A stretch of DNA of 64,000 bases from Nemertoderma westbladi (Eukaryota > Animalia > Xenacoelomorpha): NCBI GenBank assembly GCA_032718475.1, contig JAUCBJ010005653.1:1-64000 (forward strand), read 5' to 3'. Position numbers and translations under genes: made by a program. Position 1 is the first letter of the stretch, and the number at the start of each line of letters is the position of its first letter. The notes under the pieces are model-generated. The model searched no databases and was not told the DNA's origin. It worked only from the letters and a program-made list of their open reading frames with translations. Of the stretch, positions 1 through 12,319 are shown piece by piece.

Positions 1-30
1 GCTCGCCCCACAGATCCTTGCTAAGGAATA
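1..30. mobile_element. Terminal fragment of a Helentron/HINE-like non-autonomous element (subterminal IR plus small hairpin)
   Basis: GCTCGCCCCACA (1-12) is the exact reverse complement of TGTGGGGCGAGC (3835-3846) and is followed by the hairpin TCCTT-GCT-AAGGA. Confidence 0.35.
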
Positions 31-1682
31 CCGGGTTTATAAGAGGCCACATTTCACTAATTCAGTAGTCAGTAACACTGGGCCTTGGAGATGGCAACCC
101 TTGGCACGCGATCTTGGCTCAGTCTCTGCAGTTGGGTTGGTTTCTACACCCACACTTTACTTTCCAAAAGTATCAGTGGGGCTTAGGAGTGTGGGTAGTT
201 CCCGCAGAGACATAGCTTTTGCCATCTATACCACTAGTGCTTGCGCACTTCTGCCCTCAGGCTCAGTTTCTCTTTTTCAATCTTCCTAAAGGTTTTTCTA
301 TGGTGTTACGTATCATACAATATTTTTTATCCAAGGAGGACATTAGTAACATCTGGAGAATAGAAATCACTGTGTTTTTGAACTATCTTTAAAGGGTTGT
401 GGACGTCCGTAAAGTATAAGCCGTCGTAGGACCGTGTTTCATGCGAACTATTTCATGTCAGTCATCTCGACCGAGAAACCAAAACAGTAAACGAAGTGTG
501 TTACAGTAGTACTTGAAAACATTTTGCGATACTTTTAAAAGCCGTTTAGGAGCTTATCGTGATGAAGGCACGATAAATCCTTTACATTGTACAAAATGAA
601 CAGCCCCTGAGACAGTATTATCACTGAGATGAGAACCTCATGTAATGAATGCTCTTTAATCACTCATGTCATGAAATCATTCCAGAACATATATATTTAT
701 TTAACTTGGGATTCGATATTTATTTAACATCTTTATGATTATTTAACAACTTAAATTATAGGCCAATACAATTAAAAAAAAAAAAAAAATTAAAAAAAAT
801 TTTAATTATTCAAAATTCTGTGAACCAAAATAATTGCAATTAAATACTGAACATTTATAAGGGAGTGGGGGGGGGGGGGGGGGGGGGAGGAGTGGGGGCG
901 ATTTTAGTACGATTTGACCCTGGGCGCTGGACACCCTTGGTCCACCCCTGACCTGCTGTTAAATGTAATCGAACCTGGAGTCCATGCCACTGTCGAGTTG
1001 TGTAACTGGTATCACTCTCGCTGGGATGATGTCGGAGCTTGGTTCCGTGCTCGATACAGCTCACCTATGTTTCCAGTCCATATAGGCATAACCAATTGGT
1101 TCCATCATCAGTAGTCCTTTGTAAGAGTACATCGCTGATTGTGGTCGCCCTTCACCGAAGGTCTGGTCTCTATGGTGGGTATTTCCCTCTTGAAACATGG
1201 AATATACTCTCTGGTTGATTCGGATTCAAAAATCATTCAGGTTTCCAACGGTGCTTCGAGCTCATACTTGTCGTATACTCTACACCATGTTCTTTGATAA
1301 GCTGTGATTTCTCCTGATCCTGTGGTCATTCTCTGTGATAGCTTCTTCTCTTGTTCACAGCATTTTCTATCATCCACCTGTGGGCAGGTGTTTCAATGCT
1401 GGTGTCCAGGAGAAACCTAGAATCGAAGTAGAGAGTTTTGCCCTTCGCTCCAGGGAAGTCTACGAGCAGTTGTATCATTCTGGTTACAGCATTAAATTTT
1501 GTGGTGTGACTGATCGGTTCGAGACTTTGAACACTCTCGATTTACCATCAGGGACAGCACGATTATTCCTTATAGTTGTCAGTCTTCCTGGAGGATATAT
1601 CGCATTTGTCCCATGGATATGTTACGTTGTTCATAAACTTGTTGTTCATCTTGTAAACTTACGTTGTTCATTATTTAGTTGA

Positions 1683-3730
1683 TCAAGAGTGGGTTGGTTT
1701 AGCCCCGTCAACTAAATAAGTCATTGAGGGCTATAGCGCCTAGGGCACCATTGAAGGCAAAGGCTTGATACGCATCTGCATTAGAGATGATACACGCCCC
1801 GCCCTGTCTATACTCCTCTACCAGTGTTAGGTAACCTATCCCATGAGGCACTCTTGGTTCAGGGTGTAACAAATGGACCCCTACAGTCGGCAGCAGGGCT
1901 GTAGGCCATGGATAGGCGGAAGGTAATCAACCAACGGCTAGACATGCTGACAAGGTCGGCGGAAGGTAATCAACCAACGGCGACCTACTGCGAAGACGCT
2001 TGTAGGAGTTGCGACCACAAGCGGTTAACTCCCGCAACTGAAAGATATGAGTATGAAAACCCTCCAGGAGAAATACCGGCTCGGTCGTCGCCCAGGTCAA
2101 CAAGGACCGCGTCCCTCAGTGGTACACCAGGCTGTGGTCGATAAATTGGCTACTGGAACAGAAGACAGAGAAGAAAGAAGAACCAACCTGTTGAAATGTA
2201 AAATGACACTAAAGATTGCTACAATGAAAGCACGCTGAAAACACATATCAAACAGGGTGACATGGTCGCTCTGGCAATGGAATATAACATCGACATCATC
2301 TGCATCCAAGAACATCGGATTTGTCATGAAGACACTGCCATGAAGTACAATGACATTGGCAATGGATGGACGTTAGTAACAAGCTCAGCAGTAAGAAACT
2401 CAGCCAATGCATCAATTGGTGGAGTAGGAATTCTGCTAAGCCCATTTGCACTTAAGACCCTAAATAACATCGATTCTATAAATTCCAGGGTTAAATGATT
2501 CTATATAGGATTAGGCCTCACATAGAGAAACTACTGCATAAGAGCCAAAACGGATTTCGACCAAGTAGATCAACAATAGCTCAGATTCTTGCACTACGGA
2601 GACTGATTGAAGGAATTAAGTCAAAGAATCTCCCTGCAGTCATGACTTTTGTGGACTTCAAGAAGGCATTCGACTCCATCCATAGAGGCAAAATGCTTGA
2701 AATCCTAAGAGCTTATGGAAAACCAAAAGTAATTGGTGCTGGCATTGGATTGTTATATTGTGACACAGTAGCGCAGGTACTCTCACCAGATGGTGAAACT
2801 GAGTTTTTCTCAATCCTGGCTGGGGTACTGCAAGGTGACACATTAGCACCATTACTATTTGTAATTGTGCTGGATTACGCAATGAGGACAGCCACAAAGG
2901 GTGAAGACCTGGGATTCACACTTCAAGAACGCAGAAGTAGTAGATATCCGGCAACTACAGTCACAGACACCGACTTTGCGGATGACATCGCCCTGCTCTC
3001 TAATACCCTAGCAGATGCACAGCTTCTACTAAATAAAGTGGAGAGGGCTGCTAAGGAGGTTGGATTGCATGTAAATGCTACCAAGACCGAATTCATGACC
3101 TTTAATGTTGATGGAAACTTGACAACCATTGACAATAATCAACTAAGGAAGGTTGACGACTTCCAGTACCTTGGATCATGGATAGAGAGTAGCAAAAAGG
3201 ACATAGAAGTTAGGAAAGCAAAGGCTTGGGTAGCTCTATCAAAAATGGATACCATCTGGAAATCAGATCTCTCCAGGCACCTGAAGACTAAGTTCTTTCG
3301 AGCCACAGTGGAAAGTGTATTTTTATACGGGGGTGAGACCTGGACACTGACTAAATCACTTGAACAACAGTAATTGATGGTTGCTACACAAGACTACTAA
3401 GGGCAGCCCTAAACATCAGCTGGAGACAACACATGACAAATGCCGAGCTTTATGGTACAATACCACCTGTATCAACCACCCTCCGTGAACGCAGATTAAG
3501 ATTCAGTGGGCACTGCTGGCGAAGTAAAGACGAGGTCATACCAGATCTACTTTTCTGGCAACCAACTCATGGAAAGCGTAGTCGTGGACGACCGGCCATA
3601 ACATATATAGATCAACTTGAAAGGGATACTGAACTTGGGAGAAACGCAATTGCGACAACTATGGAGAATCGGAAGCCTGGAAGGATCTCATTTCCACTGT
3701 CCGAGTTCGCTCGACCTAGTAGTAGTAGTA
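1683..3730 (+). mobile_element. RTE-clade non-LTR retrotransposon, internally deleted and frameshifted
   Basis: AP-endonuclease start (LKIAT, DIICIQEHR, GGVGILLS; ~2200-2495) joins directly to RT motifs (QNGFR, FVDFKKAFDSIH, GVLQGDTLAP, FADDIALL, FQYLGS; 2495-3373). RTE C-terminus [10 protein letters not shown]...RSRGRP (3433-3700) and a (TAG)n tail at 3718-3730 follow. The 5' boundary is approximate. Confidence 0.92.
2495..3373 (+). pseudogene. Reverse transcriptase domain of the RTE LINE (premature stop at 3371-3373)
   Basis: ORF with canonical non-LTR RT motifs; homology continues past the stop (DGCYTRLLRAALN). Confidence 0.88.
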
Positions 3731-3832
3731 ACATGGAGCCTACATGTAGTCGAATATAACCAATTCAGTTCATAAAGTAAGTATAATGTACCTCTCTAAC
3801 AGTACCACCATCATATCCACCACTCTATGTAC

Positions 3833-6800
3833 TTGTGGGGCGAGCCACGAAGTGAGTGAGCCTTAGCGTAGTGGTACCATTAATCAACCTGTCGTTCTGT
3901 CGTTCTGTCGTTCTGTCGCGTTTTTTTTCAGTATTTTATTTTAAACGTTAATAACTCGGCCAATCCTTGATGAAATCTATCCAAACTTGGTACACATGTT
4001 GTTTGGCAAAAGTTTGAAAATTTTCCAAGTAGAATTTGCGTGGGGCCTTCGTGCAGCATCAGTGTAACTGTTATTGCAGTTATAATAAATTTATTTATCC
4101 AAATTTAAAATGCATTAAATTATTATTACTGTAGGATAAATCAGCTGGGTTTCTGACAAATTTTGCAATTCTGCATGCATCATGTGTACCGGTACTGTCA
4201 GGATGTACTCAATCCCTGAATCGAGAATCCTGCAATCAGTCAATACTGCAATACTGGTCAGCCAGTACCATACACGCAGACATGCCATATCATGTAATCT
4301 AATTAAACATGGCCCCGGAACCCTTGCGGTGATTATAGTTTAGGCCTAATTAGCCCAGTACCGGCACCGGTAATAATAATATAATAGTTTAGATAGTTAC
4401 CGCTAATCATTCAGTCATTGGCACGGTACACCGTATTGCTGTACTGTCGTTGTAGTGCGCACCATAGGTACCACCCATGGCCTACTACACACAGGCCATG
4501 ACAAGGACTTTGCTGTGAAATTAGCGTAGGCTGACTGTGCTGATTAAGGTACTGTCAGACTGTGGTACCTAAGCTATATACTGTTAGGTATATTGCTGTA
4601 TTGGGGTGGGGTTAGGAATAATCCATTTGTTTTAGTGTTGAACTTTTGAATCCCCTTATTTATTATAAAACCATTGGAAATATTCGCAAATGCTGCTCCA
4701 TTACTGTCTGAAACGCTCCCGACAGTCCGATGTATCTGGACCCGAGCAGCCGAGTTGCTTAAAGAGGTGATTAACGGGGGAATACTACGGAATTGCTTGT
4801 TTGTCAGTACGATTCTATTTGGGTATTTACTACACTCAGACACTGGGAATACGGCGGTTGGTCAGATCGTAATGCGGGCCACTGCCAAGTTCCTCATGCC
4901 TCACTCCGGTCACCCACCTGCCCACCTTGGAGTGCGGTGGGAAGAGTCCCACTTACTGACTTACGTCGACGACTGGACGAATTGATGAGGATTGTGATCT
5001 GGGTTTAGCGGCGGCCCGGATCCTGGGATCGCCTGGGGGAAATGGTTGAACATTGGGCAGACGTTATCGCACTGGATTACGTTCTCTGTGACGCGAAAGT
5101 GTGAAGCGAATTTGTTGTCGAATTGGGTCGGAAGCTGCGGGAATTCTACTGTTCTACGGGAGTAAACCGCAGCGGTCCGGTGACTACGGACGGATACTAC
5201 TGGGATAAGCAGGTATTTCGATCGAGTTTCTCGTATTCTCGATGCTCGAGGCGGATAGAGAGTTGGTTGTGTTGGGCGGTGTTGTTCAATTCTATCAAAC
5301 ATATTAAATAATTGGTAAAATAATAAAAACACACCAGATAAAGATACTGAGCTTATGGTAAAGAGATAGGCCGAACTTACAATTTCCAAATAGATTGTTC
5401 ATATAATAAATATATTTTTGGTATTTGATTTCAAGATAGGGGGGGGGGGGGGGGGGGGGAACTGGACGCAATAAAAATTCATCCCTTTCCAGGGGAAATT
5501 GGACGCAAATAACAACAGCTGATTACTCTCAAACATAAAACTGTAACCTGTTCTATTGTGTTTACTTTATTGTTTTGGTTAAAATAACGTGCCACTGTAA
5601 CCTGCTCCTTTCCCAAAATTTAGAAATTAATATTGAGGCGGGATATTAATTTGCCAAGATGGGATTTGCGTCCAGTCCCACCCCCCTCCTATCTCTTGAT
5701 TTCACTAAAAAATAGAATACATTGCATTTTACTGTTATAATTACTGTATTGAATAAAATAATTAATTGATTGTTTATTAAACCGTGCTAAGCACGTTGAA
5801 CTGGAGCTCTAACAATTCCCCACTAGCGGCAGGCAGGAACTGTAAAAGTCTCTGTAGAATTTCTAATTAAGCAATGCTCTTAGGTAACTACTACTAAATT
5901 TCAGATGAATCTGATCTTTCGTTCTTAGTTAATTCGCCCCCTAGAGGCAGACCAGGGAACTGTAGAAGTCTGTTTGTGTGTAGAATTTCTAATCTTTTAT
6001 AGACTACATGTGTACCAAGTTTGGTTCCATTTCATTCATGATTGACCGACTTATTAGCTTTTCAAACATTCCTGCCACAAACATAGCCAGAGGCAGCCAC
6101 AAACAAATAAAAGCTGCAGGAACTCTAGCGATAATTAATTATTAAATACTGTTTCAATTAAATTACTTACGAAAATCTAGTCATCTTCTTTTAAATATGG
6201 ACCCTGCATTCGTGGAAAATATAATATTTGATAATTCAGCTGTCAGCCTATGCTAATTTCACAGCAAAGTCCTTGTTATGGCCTGTGTGTAGTAGGCCAT
6301 GGTACCTCCCTACTACCGGTACCGGCTGACCGGTGGCAACTAGCACTTCAGCACTTGCACAGCAACAGCACTACCAGCGATACACAGGTTGAAATTTATG
6401 TAGAGTTTGCTCAACAGTACAGATATAAAATAGTTATCTAAATTATATATATTACTATTGACAAGTATTGAAATATATACCGTTATTCGTGTTATCAGTA
6501 TTTGCAACATCTGACATTGAAGAGGTGAGAGAAGATGAATACCGGCACTCAACAAAACCAACGCTTATTACATGTCGGTATGGTTACCTCGAAACCGGCG
6601 CGACTGTCCACTCGAATACAACTTCAAAACACAAACGCCAACAATAAACTGAAAGCGAATCGAACGTCTTCAGAAGATTCTGTCATTGGGACGAAGAAAA
6701 GGAAGCCGAAACCACGGGAATGGACCACAGCTAAGATTGAATGCTCCCTTTGTCAGAGTTCCTGGACCGAAATTGAAACACCAATTGCCGATGGGCTTGA

Positions 6801-7255
6801 TCTCTCAAACCAAAACTTCCTCTGCGGGGTTTGCGCGGCAGTACAGATTGAAAGTCTGGAAGCTGGCATCCCTAGGTATTATTATTATAAAGAGCGTCAG
6901 CCTGCCTTTAATAAATATATTTTAATAGAAAACAGGTCGAAGGTTTAGAGGCTTATAATGAAGACGAGTACTGCATTGATTATATTCCTATAAACCACCT
7001 GGCTTGGCATATTGAACGTGCGTTTGGAAATAAGTTCGTGCTACCCTTCCGTGGGTGGTAGATGTCGCGGTTATGTATTGGGGGGAGGGGGGGGGGGGGG
7101 GTGCAGATTAAAAGGGGTGAACACGTACTGTCCCCCTTTCTTTGATTAATTGGTGGTGTGGGTTAATCTCTCATAACCTGATTTTGTGATACAGTCGCAC
7201 AATTTTAATTTGTATCTCATAACTGGGCCTCGTGCTGCGCGAAGGCCCCACGAAC
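3833..7255. mobile_element. Composite non-autonomous DNA element(s) with nested inverted repeats (Helentron/HINE- or foldback-like)
   Basis: 5' hairpin followed by a (TGTCGTTC)n microsatellite at ~3890-3918. Inverted pairs: ~3950-3998 vs ~6005-6056, ~4039-4058 vs ~7233-7252, ~4481-4535 vs ~6242-6298. Confidence 0.5.
6535..6875 (+). pseudogene. Fragment encoding a CxxC...CxxC zinc-finger-like motif, possibly the 5' end of a CR1/L2-type ORF1
   Basis: CSLC-x21-CGVC followed by QIESLE (start of a coiled-coil-like segment), preceded by a basic stretch (KKRKPK). The sequence then turns AT-rich and non-coding. Confidence 0.35.
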
Positions 7256-7425
7256 GTGTATCAATGTAACTGGAGTTTAATTAAAGCCGAATAACTCAAT
7301 GCATTGTCTGAATATCAACTGTGGGACATGTAATGGTTTTCTTATACATATATTTACAGCTTAGTAGAGTTCCATGTGGCATTAGTGGCCATATGTACTT
7401 TACGGCGATTTTAGTATATATACTA

Positions 7426-9083
7426 AAAAGGCATTTCCTTAAGGAAATGCAACCACGAAGCTAAGGAAAATTAAACACACTTTGACTCATCAGTTCATTG
7501 GTTTACCTAGTTAAAAGTCATATGTCTTAATTAAACTCGCATTACCATGGCAACTGGAGTTTTCTAGAACTGCTTGGTTTTACATTAAGATCAAGTTTGT
7601 GGTTCCAGGTGACACAAATTGACTTCAAGGAAGTTTCATTGAGTAGTTGATGTCCAAAATTAAAGATGTATTTTTGTTAAAACATCAGTTTGCAGTGGTT
7701 GTCTTGGAAACTGATAAATATAACAACGTTAATTGGATGTAGAATAAGTGATATAGCGAGGGTAGCCGTAATATCTTAATGTTATGGTTTAAATAATCAT
7801 TTTATAAATTTGAACATCTGTTTAGCCTGGTTGCCCTGGTAACTAAATTTTCTAATTGACCTCAATAAGCGCAACTATTGTCCTTATCATTGAGTTGAAA
7901 AACTTCAAGTTTCGATTTATTATGGTTGTTGTACAAATAGAGTTAATAATATAGACTTTAATGTATTAGATTTTAATAAACTCCCGTTACCATGGTAACT
8001 AGATATTTCTAGAAGTTTTGAGTTTTTCAAAAAGTTCCAAATAGGAGTCCAGATAACACATACCCAGTTTCAGATAATGTTTTCGTTTAGTCTATGTACA
8101 AAATGAACAATTTTTGTGTCGAAACATCTGTTTTCAGCGGTTGCCATGGAAACTGAAAAACAGAACAACGCAATTCGTATGCAGAATAAGTCATATAGTG
8201 GGGGTAGGTATTGGTCCCAAGTCATAATACTATTAACTTGTGCTTGAAATTGACATTTTATAAACTCTTACATCTGTTTAGCCTGGTTGCCATGGTATCA
8301 GGATTTTTAATTTACCGCAATCTGCTCGGCTATGGCCCTTATAGTTGAGTTGAAAAACTCCAAGTTTATATCTATTACGGTTTTTCTACAAATAGAGTTA
8401 TGAATATAGACTTGAATGATATAATCTGTAATAAACTCCAGTTACCACGGTAACTAGATATTTCTGGAATGTTTTTGAGTTCCACTAAAAGTTCCAACTA
8501 GTTGTCCAGATAACACATACCCAGTTTCGTAACATTTTATCGCGAAGTCTATGTCCAAATGAATAATTTTTGTATAAAAACATCTGTTTTCAGCGGTTGT
8601 CGTGGTGACTGCAAAATAAAACAATTAAATTTGGACGCAGTATAAGTTATATAGTGGGGGTAGGGATTGGTCCCAAGTTATAACACCTTAACTTTAGGCT
8701 TCAAATTAACATTTTATAAATTTTAACATCTGTTTATCCCGGTTGCCAAGGTAACTTAATTTTCTATTTAACCTCAATCGGCTCTGCTATGGACCTTATA
8801 GTGGTGTTGAGAAACCCCAAGTTTATATGTATTATAGTTTTCCTACAAATAGAGTTATAAATATTGACTTGAAATACATAGACTTTTTTCTAAGTCCGTT
8901 GCCATGGAAACCAGATATACATGCAAAATTTCAGGGTACTTTTAAAGGCTAGTTTTTTCCTCGGTCAAAAAACACTAAATCTGCCCCATACAAGTAAAAT
9001 AGCCCACTATGAATACACCATCTCAGCTAAGGAAAATCTTTCTTAGCGAAAGTAGTTGATTTTCCTTAGCTTCGTGGATGACA
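7426..9083 (-). mobile_element. Helentron-associated (HINE/DINE-like) non-autonomous element with internal 456-bp tandem repeats
   Basis: Terminal hairpin GCATTTCCTTAAGGAAATGC plus subTIR CCACGAAGCTAAGGAAAAT (~7432-7471); inverted subTIR ATTTTCCTTAGCTTCGTGG at 9059-9077. Anchor ACATCTG recurs at 7814, 8270 and 8726 (456-bp period). Confidence 0.65.
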
Positions 9084-10074
9084 GTATTACGAGAAAGGCA
9101 TTTCCTAAAGGAAATGCAACCACGAAGCTAAGGAAAATTAAACACTCTTTGACTCATCACTTCATTGCTTTACAGAGTTAAGTTAAAAACTCATATTACG
9201 AGAAAGGCATTTCCTAAAGGAAATGCAACCACGAAGCTAAGGAAAATTAAACAAACGGCCACACTTTGGTTCGTTGCTTAGCCTCGTTTAGTAGCAATTG
9301 TCAATAATTAACTTCTATTCCCATGGAAACTAGAGTTCTCTGGAACTCTCTGGAACCTTTGAAAAAAAATTCAGTACAGATTGTGGTTCAGATAACACAT
9401 ATACTGAGTTTCAGAAAATATTGTAGTTTATGTCCAAATTACCGATTTTCTATAAAAATGCATCTGTTTGCAGTGGTTGTCATGGAAACTAAAAAATAGA
9501 ACGATGTAATTCGGATGCAGAATAAGTCATATAGTGGGGGTAGGGGTTAGTCCCAAGTCATAATACTATTAACTTGTGCTTCAAATTAATATTTTATAAA
9601 TTTTAACATCTGTTTAGACTTGTTGCTATGGTAACTGTATTTTCTAATTAACCTCAAACGGCTTGGATATGGATCTTATAGATGAGTTGCAAAACCCCAA
9701 GTTTATATATATTACAGTTTTGCTACAAATAGAGTTATCAATATAGATTTGAATGATATAGAGTTTAATAAACTACAGTTACCGTGGTAACTAAATTTCT
9801 GGAATAATTTAAGTTTCACTAAAAGTTCCAACTAGTGGTCCAGATAACACATACCCAGTTTTGTAAAATTTTATCGTTAAGTCTATGCCTAAATGAATAA
9901 GTTTTGAATAAAAACATCTGTATTCAGCGGTTGTCATGGTAACTGAAAAATAGAACAATGTAATTCGGATGCAGAATAAGTTATATAGTGGGGGTAGGGG
10001 TTGGTCCCAAGTCATGGTAACTGAAAAATAGAACAATGTAATTCGGATGCAGAATAAGTTATATAGTGGGGGTA
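9084..10074 (-). mobile_element. Second, head-to-tail, truncated copy of the same HINE-like element
   Basis: Same hairpin plus subTIR at ~9095 and again at ~9205 (~110-bp local duplication), same internal repeat; ends abruptly at the BEL LTR region. Confidence 0.6.
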
Positions 10075-10540
10075 AAATAACTTAATTGGTTATTTTAGAG
10101 AGATGAAAATATTTAATGACTTTATCGTACAGAATATTTAATACAAGAGTTTAAAGATTTTACCCGAAATTATAAAGTATGAATTTACCGTAACAAATAG
10201 TATATGAATTTAATTGAACGAATGAGCAGGAGATCCAAAATCCTTATAATTAAAATGCCATTTAGTAATTAGTTCTGGTTGACCCCTTATACTGCACATA
10301 CTGTACTAACTATCTAATGTACTGTTAATATTTGACCCTTTATTCTGCACATACTATTTACTGTAAGTACAGTACTGTATATCTTGAATAATTAACAGGC
10401 GCGTATGCTAGTGCTAATTAACCCAATGTAGGTACTGAATAATCGAACTAAATATCAATCTACTGTACAATTATAGAAAAACTTTGTCCTAGACTCAATA
10501 TTGGCGATTTCAATGTTAACTGTATAATATAATTACCACA
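10075..10540 (-). repeat. Putative 3' LTR of the BEL/Pao element
   Basis: Starts with TG immediately after the polypurine tract (10541-10548 on the minus strand). The distal boundary is uncertain because there is no second LTR for comparison. Confidence 0.55.
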
Positions 10541-10663
10541 CTCCCCCGTTGAACGACGTAAATATCTACACGTAAAACGACTATAAATAATTTAAATAAA
10601 TATTGTAACCAAACAGATAATAAATTAACCGCCACCGTTTTATTTATATAATTGCTATGTATT

Positions 10664-12319
10664 TCAATCACCAATGTCCAAGGGAAACAATTCTTGAACA
10701 GGTCGCTTTAGAGTTTGTGATTTGCCAGATTTGCGATCCCAGACCTTAACGACTGCTCCACGTACATGTCCATCTCTCCCTTGGAACAACGACTCTACGA
10801 GACCCAACTTCCACATAGAGCGGTGTAGACCAGCGTCTCGAACGATCACCGATTCCCCAACTTGAATGACTCTTTGCTGAGTCCTCGCTGTCCCGTAATG
10901 TTGCTGTCTTAGATTTAGTAGATATTCCGTCCGCCGCCGTCTCCAACAATGGTTGAGTAGGATTTCCTGTAGTCGCCATCGCTGTCGAACGTCCGTTGAA
11001 GAGGTATAATCAGTAACAAGCCTCACACCGAGATTTGGCATAGCTGTAAGGCGTTTCCCTACTAAGAAATGAGATGGAGTTAAAGGTTCAATGTCCATGT
11101 CACCTGGAAAATTAGAGCAATAAGTTAATGGTCTTGAGTTAATAGCCGCTTCGATTCCCATAAATACCGTTATGAGTTCCATGAGTGTCAATATCGCTTG
11201 TCCAATAACCTTCACCAAACATCGTTTCACCGTTTGTATCATTCTTTCGAAGAATCCTCCCCACCAAGGTGATTTTTTCAGATTGAACTGCCACACTATG
11301 CCTTGGTTTACAAAGAAGTCTTGTACCTGTTTAGATTTAAGAAATCGTTGATTAAATCAATTTTTTGAAGCTGCTTTGAAAGTTTTAGCATTGTCGCTTA
11401 CTATCAATGTTGGCTTTCCTCTCCGACCAATGAATCTGGAAAAACATTCAATAAATGAAGAAGTTGTTAAATCAGTGACTACCTCTAAATGCACCGCCCT
11501 TGTGACGGTACAAGTAAAAATGCACAAATATGACTTTGAAAGATTTCCGTCTGCTATAATGCCTCCGTATATTGGTTTAATAAGAAATGGTCCTGCAAAA
11601 TCACATCCAACTGTATTGAATGGCAACGATTCCTGTACCCGAAATGTTGGTAACGGTGGGGATTCTGGGGGACAATATGGTTTACCTTGGTGACGTATGC
11701 AAACCCCACATTTCGCTAGACATTTTTTTATGGCTTCTCTGCTCTGAAGGATCCAATATTTCTCTCGAATTTGGGCTAAGGTCGAAGCAAGACCCTGGTG
11801 TAACACAATTTCATGACATTTTTGGATAATGAGACTGGTTAAATGGTGGACCTTTGGTAGAACATCTGGTCTTTTGGCTGTTTCCGATATCATTGCGTTG
11901 TCTAATCTTCCTTTACAAACCCAGATACCCTGAAACTGTATTATATTCAGTTGATATTTTAATTGCTTTATTTTCTCGGCATTGAATGTTTCTCCCTGAA
12001 CTGCAATTATCCACATATCACGAGCCTTTTCAATTTCTGGGACTGTCAACTGACCTGATAAATATTTGTTCGATTTTGACATCTTGCATTTCAAGTTGTA
12101 AATAAATCTATTGACATATGACGTCACACGTAATAATCGATTTAACTTACTGAATGACTCACATTTGATGATCCGAGAAACATTCTCAAATACGATGTTG
12201 TTAACCTTTGTGTGACAAACCATTTCAGATCTGATAATCTTAGCTTCTATTGTTTTATCTTCATTGGATTGGATGATGTTTGGTTGTTGCGGCCATTTGC
12301 ATTTCCTGCGTTCAACCAT
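10664..12319 (-). pseudogene. BEL/Pao integrase (frameshifted)
   Basis: HHCC-type (CHEIVLHQG...CGVC), GCDFAGP, RAVHLE, IVSDNAKTF, PWWGGFFERMI, INSRPLT, LTPSHFL and the C-terminal GRDGHVR...RPVQELFPL. Confidence 0.9.

Noticed and set aside
861-900. G-runs as G-quadruplex elements (also ~5440, 7080, 15770, 15840, 25805)
   Set aside because: Homopolymers within repeats; lengths are unreliable and there is no functional context.
4950-4985. YVDD motif suggesting a reverse transcriptase
   Set aside because: Isolated tetrapeptide with no other RT motifs and a stop three codons later.
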